NCBI GenBank assembly: GCA_012026655.1 | Contig: JAAILG010001073.1 | Location: forward strand, 1 to 64,000 | DNA: 64,000 nt | Direction of reading: 5' to 3' | Origin: Hydrolagus affinis | Taxonomy: Eukaryota | Shown here: positions 51,861-64,000 of the stretch, one piece after another | How positions within the stretch are numbered: the first letter of the stretch is position 1 | Layout of the letters: each line of letters starts with the position of its first letter | Notes under the pieces: generated by a model | Seen by the model: only the letters and a program-made list of their open reading frames with translations | What the model was told of the DNA's origin: nothing | Database searches by the model: none | Position numbers and translations under genes: made by a program

Positions 51861-54626
51861 CCTTTAATTTATTGAGGGAATATCAAGTGGGTAAGATCCC
51901 GATGTGGTTGGTTTTGTCCTTAAGCGGGTGGTGAAGGTGAAAACTATGCCTATGTGGAGAGGTGCCGTTGCACATTAAATGACTGGCTGCCTCAAATCCC
52001 AGGTTTAGAAGCAGCATTGCTTTGAAGAAGTCACACTTAACCCTAAGGGGAGAATATTTAGAGGTTGTTCCACACTTGGGGATGAGCGAAGCAGTCTGAG
52101 TGAGCATTGATGTTCAGCCCGATCTGATTCAAAATGTTTTAATCCAAAGCTTTTCTTGCAATGCTATCCCTCATTGATGAAATGTCTCCAAATCACTCCA
52201 GAAGTGTTCATGGCTATTGAGGTATGAACAATTGGGAGATGGAGCAAATTTTACCATAAAATTTCCAGACAGTCAGAGATTGAACCCGTAAACATGTTAT
52301 GTTACCCATCACAGTGGAATTCCCTCAATCTTTTTTTTGTACAACGCATAGACTTTTATAACCCAAGCTTGCCACTGCCTGACCGTTGCTGTTTGATGGA
52401 TCTTGCTCTCTCTCCTCTTCATTTCAAGCTGGGCAGCATTCTGGTGCTGTCCACAGTTTTGAGGTCCTGAAAAAGAATGAGTTAGAATTGGAAGCAATGG
52501 AATGGAATTTTTGATATGAATACAGTAGGTATGCCAAGGGGAGGAAGAGTTTGTTGGGCAGAATATTTGGAATTTAGGAGGAACAAGAGAGGAAAGTTCA
52601 GAGGGCCAATGACCACAGCAGTTATCATTAAAGAAAAATATAAGGGAGTTACAAAGGAGCCTATTTTGGAGCCAAGAGAAGAGAGATGGAGCATATGCTT
52701 TATATATAATATATACAATATATTCAATTGTTCTGTGAATTTTTGTAAAATGCAAAGGTTTTTGTTTTGATCTTGTCTAGACCAATGGCCTCAACAAGGA
52801 CAGATCTTTGCTCTTGTTCCTTAGCTCATTCCAATCGATCATGGAATACTGCTTCAGATCTACATACAGTATAGTAATACTTTCACCAGCGGACCATTGA
52901 TCCATTGAGCCAGTTCCTCAATCAACCATTGGAAATCTGACATAAAAAATGTTGTGCAGTGCACTATGTAGCTTTTCCTGTGACATTGCTGATACCTTCA
53001 TCATCACCATGGAATACAAGATCACCAGTTCCCATACTTGCTGTTTGTGCAGTGTCAGTGCTTCCTGCACAGGGTGAGTGGAACCACTTGAACTTCACAA
53101 CCGAGAATATACGTTTTCATTTAATTGTGAAAAGTACCGCAATGCTAATTAACAAACGCACAGTTGAATACATTCATTTGATGTGTGAAAATTGAATAAA
53201 ATTAGATTATCTATACATAAAATAATGGATATCTAATACTTGCTAACTATGGAACTTGCCAGTAATGGTCCCTTTACACTGCCCCATCAAGTACTGCCAA
53301 CACTGCCAGTTCCAAGGTGAAGCTGCTTCCATTACGATGTAGCAATGTTCCTTAGCCCAATCCTCAATTGACCATTCCCTTTGGGGCTACATTTCCTTTT
53401 CTCACACCAACATCCTTGAGCTCTGTGTTTGATTACTCATTTCTATGCTAAGTTTTCCACATTAGGGGCAATTTTTTGCTAGGGGCCTGCGCCCACTGAG
53501 AACTGGATTTTATTGACACCAATGTAGCCGCCAGGGGAATTTTATCCCCTCAGGAGATTAAAAATCATGATAAAAATCTGGATTTTACTGAATAAATAGT
53601 AACTGGTTAACTGAACAGACACTGCAAAGCGAAACTAATTTCCTATTTGTACATATTCTATTCATTGGGTTTGTGGGCAACTGTCATCATTGCTGAGGTC
53701 AGAGAGGAGTTAGGGGAACTACATGTTCTTTTCATTGTCAAGATGTAATCCTCCGGTTTCTTCATGAAGTAACAACTTGTCCTGTATGACTGTGGGTGTA
53801 TGCTGGGGGGTGGGGGGGGAGGGTGGAGGGGTGAGGTGAGGTGGGGAACAGAGAATAATCACAGCTGAGCCAATTCTGTCTTTTCCAGTGTCCGCATGAA
53901 TATGTATATTCCAGCAGAGAGAAACTCAGCTGCGATCTGTACTGGGAAACATGGCTGATTGTTTCTCCTCCAAGCAGGGAATACTGAGAACTGTCATAAG
54001 TGCTTCTCCATTCCCCTGGCTGAGATCTGGCCATGTATTTAGCCGCTGAGCCAGATTACTATCCCGTGATCGAGCATCAAATTTTTCATAACACTTCACA
54101 TGTTAAACCGTTGCTGTAATCTAATATATTACTGCATGTTAAATACATCTGTACTCCAGACAAATTTCCATCATCGTTCAAAAGAGACAAGAAATTGAAA
54201 TAAATATTTAATTGTACATTCCTGACAAGTGAATAAACTATCCCAGCAATTAGGTAAATCATTGAGCAGGAACTGACGGTATCCATAGCAGTGACTAACT
54301 TGCCTGCCAGTAATTTGCATCCACTTATCAGGAAAATAAGGGGAAATATTAATTTTTTTAAAAAATTGTTCAGCAAGTTTACACAGACCTTTGATTTCAG
54401 GGAATATTTAGCAAAATACAAGTGGATTCATATCAGCTGGTAAAGCAAACAAGCATTCCACTAAACAACTCTATTTACAGCTCAAATGGTTCAGTTAAAT
54501 ACAAATTACCTTATAATACAGAATATTAAATAAAGGGAAATGGATGCATAGTGACCAATGTTTGCAAATCTTCCCTGGTTCTCCAGTGTTATGCTCTAGA
54601 GGTGCTGAATGGAAAGGCCTGGATGC

Positions 54627-54775
54627 AACAACAACAACAACAACTTTGATTTATATAGCGCCCTCCACGCCGGACGGCGTCTCAGAGCGCTTTACAATAG
54701 TGGATCCCGGGACCGAGCCAGGGGCAGGGGCAGGAAGGTGATCAAAAGCACGGTCGAAGAGAAAGGTCTTCAGCT
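54627..54775 (-). mobile_element. Young L2 LINE 3' end
   Basis: (ACA)n CTTTGATTTATATAGCGCCCTCCACGCCGGACGGCGTCTCAGAGCGCT..GGTCGAAGAGAAAGGTC; near reverse complement of 57550-57690, with CpGs retained. Confidence 0.9.
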
Positions 54776-55304
54776 GTGATGCAGAGCTGTCCCCTTATCT
54801 AACATCAGGAAGGTCTGCTCCAGTCACATTGCGAGAAGATCACTGCTTTTTGGGCAACAATATCAGTGGGAAGAGTCACTGGCGTGGAATGTTAGGTAGG
54901 ATGTTATATCAGGCTAAATTAGCTATGAAATGTCTGCTTACAGGCCACCGTTAACCGCAGATAGAAGAGAACAAGGTAGGGAAGCAAGGGTAGAAACAAG
55001 GGTATATAAGTATTCCTTCACTTGGCATCATTTGGCAGTCAGTCGAATCCCCTTCCTTGGGAATAGTGATAATGTGAGACTGGATGCAAATTCTGGAGTC
55101 ATCCTTCATAAATATGGGTCAAGAAGTATTTTTGCAGAACGTACACATAGGAGATTGAGAGGAAGACTCCATTGTGGGGTAGAATGGATATGGACGGTAG
55201 AAAGAGTTGGTTGTAATTAATTTATATCTCTTATTAATTTACATCTCTTTGCCTTTCTCATTCAGCACATTGTTTAAATCTATTTTTTTTTCCACTTGGC
55301 ACTA

Positions 55305-55450
55305 TTGAATAATCCTAAAATCCCTCCATTTGGTATAGTGCCTTTCACATCATTAAGACTTCTCAAAACACTTCACGGAATATACTGAAAGATGTAGTGA
55401 CTGTGTGTTTCTGTAGGCGAATGAGGCAGCCAATTTGCTACTGCAATGAA
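55305..55450 (-). mobile_element. SINE family A, diverged 3' fragment
   Basis: CATTTGGTATAGTGCCTTTCACATC..CACGGAATATACTG..GGCAGCCAATT. Confidence 0.75.
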
Positions 55451-56737
55451 ATGAATACAAATAGCCATGAAGTGAACATAAACAGCATCAATTTAATTAC
55501 CAATTTTATTTTATACTAGATAGGCCCATACCCAAATCTCCCATGTTCAATTACACTCAAGACCCACTGAATATTAAAAAAAACTATTCTTATTCACTGT
55601 GTATATTAACAGGAAAGTGCTTGCCCAGAAGCACATCAGTTAAACCTGCTAGTTAGTGATTCTTGAAGTTATATGATGGATTGGGTGTACCAAATGTAGT
55701 TTAAACCTATTCCGTTTACTCTGGATACTGTTCTGTGAATGGAGAGCAGCCAGCTAGCACAACTGCAAAGGAACCTGCACACAGATAAAGGCGAGGACCA
55801 CAAACTACATGCTTGGCGAGAGAAATTAGGGGGAATGCATAATTGTTGAGATAAGAGATGCTGCTCCATTTAAATTTCAATTAAAAATTAATTATTCAAT
55901 TGAGCATTTACATTTGAACCTGTATGGCCCTCTTTGTCTGTTCACTCTTTCCACTCACACACACATAGACACAAACAGACACAGAGTTTTCAGTACGTAT
56001 TGTTTTCTTGGCATTAAATAGAGAAAGAAAAGCATGGTTACTCACAAATAAAAATCAATTGCTGCTCATAATTACTCAGTCAGAACTGTCTGCAGCCAGT
56101 CCTCAATGATCGAGGTTCAGTGGGACCTGCAGAGACTCAGAGCTACAGTGACCCAGTTCATCTGTCTATACCAGTGTGCCTGTAATTGCAACAGATAACA
56201 GCTATAATATCTCACCTATATGGGAGAAATTTGTCGAAGTGCTACAACAAAGTAAAAGTCGAGTTTAAATATCAGGAAATACATACAAAATAAAGCACTT
56301 TAGCTTCATCGGTGGGTTTACCGCTCCCACAATTATATCTTGTTAGGCTCACTCACATGCCCTCCCTCCACCATTGTTCTAGCACAAATCACACCCTCTT
56401 GTCGATCTCTATGTGCACTTTCAGAAGCTCAAATGTACATCACAGGATCTCATTTGGATTACATTTTGTTAAATAGGAATCATAAATACTTCACTTTATC
56501 ATCAATACTTTAGTTAATAGAAAAAGCAGTTGGCTCACATGGCTCAGGGTGAAGGCATTGCCCAGTGTCGAACTGAGCTCCACCCTCCAGGAAGATCCCA
56601 ATTATATATAATTCAGGAGCCCTGAATTAGGAAAGGAGAAAACCAACCAGGTTTAGAACCTACGTCAGCTGTGCTACACTCCACAATGCAATAGCCTGCT
56701 GAGGTACATGACATACATGAGGGAGAAGGGAATAATA

Positions 56738-57037
56738 GAGGAATCCTGTTCCTCAGTTGGCATTAAATAGAGAAAGAAAAGCACTCGCCTTGCAAGGGTT
56801 GAATTCCAGACACGGCGAGCCTTGGGCAAATTTCCTTATTCCACACACCTGATAACAATCCCTTCAAAAAAAAAAAGAAATTGCTCATTGCAAACCATGA
56901 CTGTTTGTGGGACACTGCTGTGCGAAATTGGCTGTCACGTTTTGCCCCTAAATATACAGTCAATTAACTTTACACCATATTCTGCAAAGCCTTTAAAGAT
57001 GTCTAGAGAATGTGAAAAGTGCTACTCAAATGCAAGG

Positions 57038-57074
<37 letters not shown>
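56738..57074 (+). mobile_element. SINE family A with interrupted head and long (ATT)12 tail
   Basis: GAGGAATCCTGTTCCTCAGTTGG [insert] GCACTCGCCTTGCAAG, then Deu core and CAAATGCAAGG(ATT)n. Confidence 0.92.
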
Positions 57075-57076
<2 letters not shown>

Positions 57077-57257
57077 GAGAGGTATAGATGAGGGGAATAG
57101 GGTTAGCCCAGTCCACATTGAGTTTCAGTCAAACACTCTACTCCCCCAGCATGTCCTGCCGGCTTCTGCTCTGAATGACACTTGAGGTCATTATCTTCTG
57201 AGCAAATCAACATCCATTTCATTTCCTGGAATTTTAAATGTTTTATTTTGTTTTATT

Positions 57258-57690
57258 AGTCCTTGCTAGACTTCACTGGCTTCCTGTCCCTGAGAAGATC
57301 GACTTCAAGATCCTCACCCTTGTTTTCAAGTCCCTCCACTCCTCTGCACCCCCCTACCTCTCTGATCTCCTCTCTCTCCAAACCAGCACCCGTTGCCTTC
57401 ACTCCTCTGGGTCTGGCCTCCTCCATGTCCCCCAAATCCTCCATTCCACCCTCGGCGGCCGTGCCTTCAGCCACTATGCCCCAAGGCTCTGGAACTCCCT
57501 TCCTCACTCCCTTCATTTCTCCCTCTCTCTTCCCAGTTTTATTTTCCCAGTTAAAGACCTTTCTCTTCGACCGCGCCTTTGGTCACCTTCCCCTGCCCCT
57601 GGCTCTGTCCCGGGATCCGCTATTGTGAAGCGCTCTGAGACGCCGTCCGACGTGGAGGGCGCTATATAAATCAAAGTTGTTGTTGTTATT
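57258..57690 (+). mobile_element. L2 LINE 3' fragment: RT C-terminus, 3'UTR and (TTG)n
   Basis: LHWLPVPEKIDFKILTLVFKSLH..APPYLSDLL..GGRAFSHYAPRLWNSLP, then frameshifted LKTFLFDRAF. Diagnostic L2-clade C-terminus. Confidence 0.93.
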
Positions 57691-57724
57691 AAAGAAAATT
57701 ATTTACTCAATGAATGCTTTGCCC

Positions 57725-57832
57725 TGCCACGTGTCGTCCACAAAATACAGTCAGTCCGTTTTACAATGTATTCTGTGAAGCATATTGACATCGACATCGG
57801 TGCTGTATGAAACGCAATGATTATTATTATTA
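57725..57832 (+). mobile_element. SINE family A, diverged 3' fragment
   Basis: CTGCCACGTGTCGTCCACAAAATACAGTCAG..TTCTGTGAAGC..(ATT)n. Confidence 0.75.
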
Positions 57833-59569
57833 TATACGTGGATAGGAAAAATAAAAACTAATCAGTAGAGCGACAAAAAATGGTGTAAAGTAGGTTATTT
57901 CACATCGCAGGCTGCATTTTCAACCCCCAAAATGGGAACTGTGAAAGTCAAAAGTCCCGGTGAAGCATGGACACGAGACAGTGGGACAGAGTTTATTCCA
58001 AGATGAGTGAATATAAGCTCCTTCCATAATTCCAGGAGGATTTTTAAAATAAATTATAAGGTGTAAAAGCTAGGTTGTTTCTAACGCCTGGTGTGTGTGT
58101 GTGTTAGTGTATGTGCTGAATGTAGGTATATATATAATATATAACAGCCACAGACAAGAAAGGATTGTGGGGGAATTTTCGGTGGTAAATGGAAGGGGCA
58201 TTATGGGCCACAGGATTTCTGTGAAGTAAGAAAAAAAGTCTAAAATGATTGTACTCTGTACATCTTGCTTACACCAGCAGGGTCTGATCTGAGCATTATG
58301 TGAATACATCAGTCCGTTTTTCTCCACAGAAACAAATTATCAGCCCTCGTTTGAAGGTGAATGAAGGCTGAGTCCTTTCCCCTTCCTACTTTGACATCTC
58401 AGTTTTTTTAGCAAACGTTTCTGGGCTAGGTGATAACTCCTGTAATAGGATTAGCATTGATTTCTTTTCGCAAGAACAGAGATGTGGTGGTTCCAGCCAT
58501 TTATTGAGCTGGCAGCTTTGAAATATCAAAACTGGCTGCTGTAAGGACTAATGCAGCATTTTAAATAAAGAAAGCCCCCATGAATTCCTTTTATATTTTG
58601 TTATTGCATGATGAAAGACTTAAAAAAAATGCCCTGACTTTTCAGCTTCAATAATAGGCTTTATTCTTTCGCTGTGCCGAATTCTACCTTTTTTGTCATT
58701 ATAGGTCAGTGTTTTTTTTTTTGACATTTTCATACATGTATTTAAAAGAAAATATATACTGTATATTTTTTTTAAAAAGAAGCTTTTGGATAAATTTTCT
58801 CTTTGTAATAGCGAGGGTGAAGGATTGTGAAGAATGAACCCCCCACAAGCATTAAGTTCCCTCAGCACATTGTACAACAGAGGCAGATTTATTTTTTCGT
58901 GATGATGGGTGATAAAACATGAAATGCTGAATGCGGGGATAGGAATAAAGAAAACAATGTAATGGATTGAATATAATAAAAACAGTATTATCTTCGAAAT
59001 ATTCGTGACAAACCTGGCGGAGGCTGTTTTGTGTTTTGTGGGTGGGAGAGCAGGGGAGGTCAGCCGTTGTAAAGGAACAACTGAGACTCCTCTGTGAGTT
59101 CATTACAGAGAAAGCTTTGGCTAAAGAGGAAGTTTTCCGTTGGCTTCATTTCACTCGCCTAATCTCTGGGAGGTTACTGTTGCTCTTTGGAGGAGGGTAG
59201 GGTAGGGGGAAGGGGGCGGGGGAGGCGACCAAGGTGACCAAAAATCAGGATTTAAGAGGAAAAAACAAAGCTTGGGAAAGTTGGGTTTATAGACAAAGAA
59301 GAGACTTCAAAATAAGGCGTTCAAGTTTTCAAGGTTAGGTCGGGTTGAAATAAGTTGTTTACTATGGGAAAGGATTCAAAATACCAGGAAATGAAGGAGA
59401 AGATTGGGAGGTCCCCGAATAAGGAGGGGGAATCAGGGAGAATACTTTTACACAAAGAGTAGTGCACAGTACAATACTTGGAATAAGTTACCAGGGAAGG
59501 TAAATGAACAGTGCAACCAAAGTTCAAGAGGCAAATAACATAGAATGTTCTTTTATTATCTTTCTGTTT

Positions 59570-59720
59570 TTTCCGTTTCTTCCCGCTGTAGAAAGCACTG
59601 ACTCCAGCTGTGCTGAATGTTGCATTAGCTGCCCAGGTAGTCATTTGAACATGTGTGACCAGGGAGGACATTCAGCCAAAGCTAACCCTGCCCACCCTTT
59701 TCCCCAATGTGCCCATCTCA
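59570..59720 (-). mobile_element. SINE family B 3' fragment
   Basis: AAAGCACTGACTCC..GCCCAGGTAGTCATT..CATGTGTGA..CAGCCAAAGCTAACCCTG. Confidence 0.45.
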
Positions 59721-62700
59721 GAGGTACGGGACATCAGTCTCAGTGCTTTGGGATGTCCTCCCGACATGACAGGTGCTATAAAAGTGTAAAATTGTATTGT
59801 GAAATACTGGCAATTACAAATAAGTTCTATCTGATTTTAGACACTGAATATGAATCCCGTGTTCAACAGAGGACTCTATTATCTCTTATAATAGAAAATC
59901 TCATTAAAAACTAATAATGGAGAGATTTTTTTTAATAATTGGTGTGTGATAGACGTCAGTATCTCGAAGCCAGAGATGGACTGAGTAACATGACTGTCCT
60001 GGAGAATGGCCTGTGATCCACTGAATTGCCGATCTGTACTGTTATTAATAATCCGCACATGTGATATAGCGCCTTTCATGTTGGGAGGACATCTCAAGGC
60101 GCCGCACGGAATTTAGTTTAAAGTGATGTGAATGTATTTTTGTGAGCAAACGTTTTTGGCTAGTGTCAATTTCCAGTGTCATTGCAGAGAACCTTCAAGT
60201 GTAGAATAAGGTGATGCAGTGTCGCAGTGGGTAGTGTAGTGTAAAATAAATGTTTATTCGGTATATAAAAAAAAACCACAGCGTTGCCCTTCCACTCCAT
60301 CTCTGTTTTATATTAATTCAGATTATAAATGAAGGAGCAAGGATTGAGCATCCTCACGTCTGCAGTAAAATACGAAAGAACTCGAGATAAATTAAGCAGT
60401 GTGTTTGCTTGTCCCTAAATTGCATTTGAAAATCTGGAAGTGTGCGAGAGGTGGGGAAGAAAGGTGCTCTGCGGTCTCAAAGGCCTGAGAGAGAAGGAAT
60501 GACAGTCGCAGAGAGTGAGCGGAGAATTGATTTCAGCACAGCCAGGGTGTGGGGTGGGGGGGGGGAAGGGAGAGAGAATTAGGGTGGCAGATTTGGAGAT
60601 TTGCAATGATCAATGAAGAAAAGTTACAAAGAGAAAGGTGCTCTTGCTGTCCTGGCTTCTCTGTACATCTCCCTCAGGTTGTCACCACAGCAGCAGAAAT
60701 CTCCAGCCCCGAGACCACAAAGCTCGCTATTGTTCCTACTCCAAATGTGAAAATCTGGAATGATTCATTCAGCAAGATAATTGAAGGACAAGGATTTGCT
60801 TAATTCATGTTTGACTATTCAGAACTGAAGGTCTGCGCGACAATAAACATTGACAAAATATTCCAGCATAAAAGAAGTCGCTTCTGAACGTATGAAAAGG
60901 CAACTGAATGTGGACCATGAACATTTAAGAGGTTGTAATGCACTTGCATTCTGCATTATTGTTAGACATATTATTCAATACGCAATGATAATAATGGTAT
61001 GGTTCAACTCGCATTCAAATGTGAAAAGACTGTTCTTTACTTGTGAAAACAAATCAGTTCAATTTGGTATATGTTTTATAGGCATTTTTTTGACAAATGG
61101 GACCAGACTTGTGCAGACTTGTGCAGAAATGTATCAAGACTCAGGTCCATGTACTATAAATTCTCAGAAGCTTTTATGGGGTAATTTGTGACATTTCATG
61201 ATAATCACGCATTATCAAACCATGCCCAACTCTTCCCACTTTATCTGTTTGCCGGTGATGGAGTGAGTAATTTGCCCCACTTGGGCGAATCCCCTCTGCC
61301 TAGACCTGGAGAACACTGTCACACGTTGGAGGAAGCAAGACGAAAGTGCTGAAATTAAAGCAACTAAGAAACATGTAGGTTTTCGCTACTTGTTCAGCGA
61401 ATGTCACTCTAAACTCAAAAAAGCTATTGACTTGTTGGGTTCTCAGCTGTGAAGGAAGTAATGTTCCAAAAACAACACCAAGTTACATTTAACACTCTAA
61501 TGTATTATCCAGAGAACCTGTACGCATTCTGTGAATGAAATGTTGCTGGTTTTGTTTTATTTGTGAGTTGATTTAAACATCAGTGGCAATGGAATCACTC
61601 TGTTTTAAACAAGGTCTGCTGATGGTACCTTATGTTTGACTTCAGCCTTTGTGAGTCAGAAAAACAAACAAAAGAAGTAAGAAGAATAAAGAATCTAGTT
61701 ACACAAACACTGTCAAAGATAATTACCTAAATTGCTTATTAATTATAATCCAGGGATCAAAGGGGCTTTCTGGGAGGCAGAGATGGGATTTAAATTATGA
61801 TTTAAGAGGAGACAAGAAATGTCTTTGGAGCAGCAGAAAATAAAATGTTTCACTCTAGAAACTTAAAATTGTGAGTACAGTACCTATAATTTGTTTCTTT
61901 GCCAAAGCTATAACTTTATGATCCTTATCTTTTGGACATTTATGGCAGTCACTTATAATTTCCTTTCTGTATCTCCACAACGGAATTCGGTCCTAGGATG
62001 CACAGGAATTCCTGTATATATGAGCTGAAGAGGGCGGGATTTAAAATGAAGAAAAGCTGAATATATCTGAAGATGTGATGTGAAGCCTGAATGCCACTTA
62101 ACACCCAGGGCAAGGCAGAATATTATTCTGAGTCTGATCTGACTAAGATCAGCAGCAAAATAATCTTTCATGTTTATAATAAGACATTGTAGATTGGACA
62201 TGACAAGGTGTTGAAAGAAAATCACCTTCTATCATCCATTTTGTACCTGCCAAAAAAATACACACAATTATACCTCCAAAAAACAGATAAGCGATTGCAC
62301 AATTAATTTTGCCCCAGAACTTATTGTCCACAAAATCCAACTTGGTCTTGAGTTTAACTGTTTCCCCTTATTAGGCCACCGTTTCACTCCTTTCCACAAT
62401 ATTGTTTAAGAATTTTCCAGTGTCATATTGCAGAATGTTGCTCTCTTTTCCAAATTTGAAATGAATTGACTCGCAATAAAATGTTATTTACAGAACTCAA
62501 GGAACTCAAAATCTGAATTTCTTCCAAGGGCTTCAGGCATCTGCCGAGAATCGAATTTAAGGCTGTAGTTGAATAATAAAGTAAGTGAAATGGATTGTGT
62601 AATACGTTATTTCATAATCTGAAATTGAACTGAAAGAATTCTCCCGATTTGCCCTGTTGAAGATTATGAGAACATTTTGGCTGATAATGTATAAAAAATG

Positions 62701-62959
62701 GTGCATTTTGCTCTCAATCTCCCTGATGAGAACATTGATTCCTGTAAATGAATAATTTATGCCCCATTTATACTACTAGAAGTGATGCCATATTGCTTCC
62801 AGCTTGGGATCGCTGTGAGTGGACAGATTGGATTTATACTGCCCGCCTGCACCGAACAATTTGAAATTATTTCCCAACCTGTGTGCAGACCCCGCTACAT
62901 TTGCCTGCTATCGTAAACCTATCGGCTTTGTGGTAGACAAAACATTAACAATATTCGGG

Positions 62960-63090
62960 TGTCAGACTTGCTCGGTGGGTGGCGCTCTCAACTTTAAGTC
63001 AGAAGGTCATGGGTTCAAGACCCACGTCAGGGTATTGAACTTACATGGTTTAGGTTAACATTTCAATAGGTGAGAGGACTTCACAATGTT
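62960..63090 (+). mobile_element. Old DeuSINE (SacSINE1-like) tRNA head
   Basis: GCTCGGTGGGTGGCGCTCTC..AGTCAGAAGGTCATGGGTTCAAGACCCAC (A and B boxes). Confidence 0.65.
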
Positions 63091-63152
63091 ATTAAGTTCT
63101 GCATGGGAGGGGGGAATACATCCAGGGAGCCTGCATAATCGCTGGCTTGTTT

Positions 63153-63464
63153 GTGGGAGTCCGACAGCTTAGTAGTTAGAGCACTCGCCTTACAAGTGAG
63201 AGACCTAAATTCGATTCCCAGCAGGTCAGGGCAAAACCATGGGAAAGTTTCCTCACTCCATACATTTGATAATAATCCCTCAAGAAAAAAAGCGATAATA
63301 AACTGGTCTACGGCTGTTTGTGGGACGTTGCTGTACGCAATTGGCTGCCGCATTTCGCCCGCAAAATATACAGTCAATTCACTTTACAGTATATTCTGTG
63401 AAGCACTTTGAGGCTTCTAGTAGATGTGATGAGGCGCTATATCAAATGCAAGGATTATTATCAT
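63153..63464 (+). mobile_element. Full-length SINE family A
   Basis: Head, Deu core TTGGCTGCCGCATTTCGCCC, and tail GCGCTATATCAAATGCAAGGATTATTA. Confidence 0.92.
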
Positions 63465-63494
63465 CCTTAAAAGTCTATCCATCCTAACATGCCC

Positions 63495-63657
63495 CAGTTC
63501 TGACGAAGGGTCTTGGATAGGAAACATTGACTCATTTTTCCTTTCTCCATCGGACGTCCTCCCGATGTGAAAGGCGCTCGATAAATGTCATTTTGTTGTG
63601 GTGGTAGATGCTGCCTGACCTGTTGATTGTTCCCAGTGATTTGTGTTTGTGTTTCAG
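63495..63657 (+). mobile_element. Penelope-like pLTR remnant with hammerhead core, interrupted by an L2 tail
   Basis: CTGACGA at 63500 and GAAA at 63521, then TTTCTCCAT | L2 tail 63551-63604 | AGATGCTGCCTGACCTG. Confidence 0.75.
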
Positions 63658-64000
63658 GGAAGCCTGGCATATCGGTTGGCGCGTAGGCAACCCACGCGAC
63701 CCAGTGGAAATTTCAGAGGCCTTCCTTTCGCAGAGTTGAGTGCAACAGGAAGCTAGTTTGGACGTTTGTGTGTAACAATTGGGCACCACAGTGGGCAAGG
63801 CCTGCGTCTGTCAGAACTGCTCATCCGTATCACCCAGAGGGTGTCATTGCCTCCCCCTGAAACATGTAACTTCTGTCGCGCTGCTAATGACCCTTGAGAA
63901 AACAAGCACCGAATTTAAATAAGTGGTGAAAAAACCCTAAAGAGATCAGCTGTGTGTGTGTGTGTGTCCCCCTCCTTAACTGCTTCAGGCAATAATGAGA

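Noticed and set aside
59591-59635. 45-nt in-frame exon-like segment KALTPAVLNVALAAQ
   Set aside because: It lies within an antisense SINE family B fragment and the donor is weak.

Overview
Eukaryotic, AT-rich (roughly 40% GC by eye) and almost entirely non-coding vertebrate DNA. The repeat content points to a cartilaginous fish, probably a holocephalan (chimaera or elephant shark); this is inferred from repeat families, not proven. There are about 20 copies of a tRNA-headed, Deu-domain, L2-tailed SINE ending in (ATT)n, older SINE families, CR1 and L2 LINE fragments, Penelope-like pLTR remnants with hammerhead-type motifs, and Tigger-like MITEs. No intact protein-coding gene is recognisable, and nearly all ORFs in the track are chance or repeat-derived; only the CR1 and L2 reverse transcriptase remnants are real coding relics. 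Many repeat-free, motif-dense blocks look like conserved non-coding elements, as in a gene desert or giant intron near a developmental regulator. The best leads are a candidate minus-strand terminal exon with poly(A) signal plus a 14-nt micro-exon, a head-to-head SINE palindrome of about 630 bp, hammerhead-motif pLTR copies, two exact 24-27 bp locally templated duplications, and numerous tail-only L2 insertions. I found no convincing new multi-gene system.
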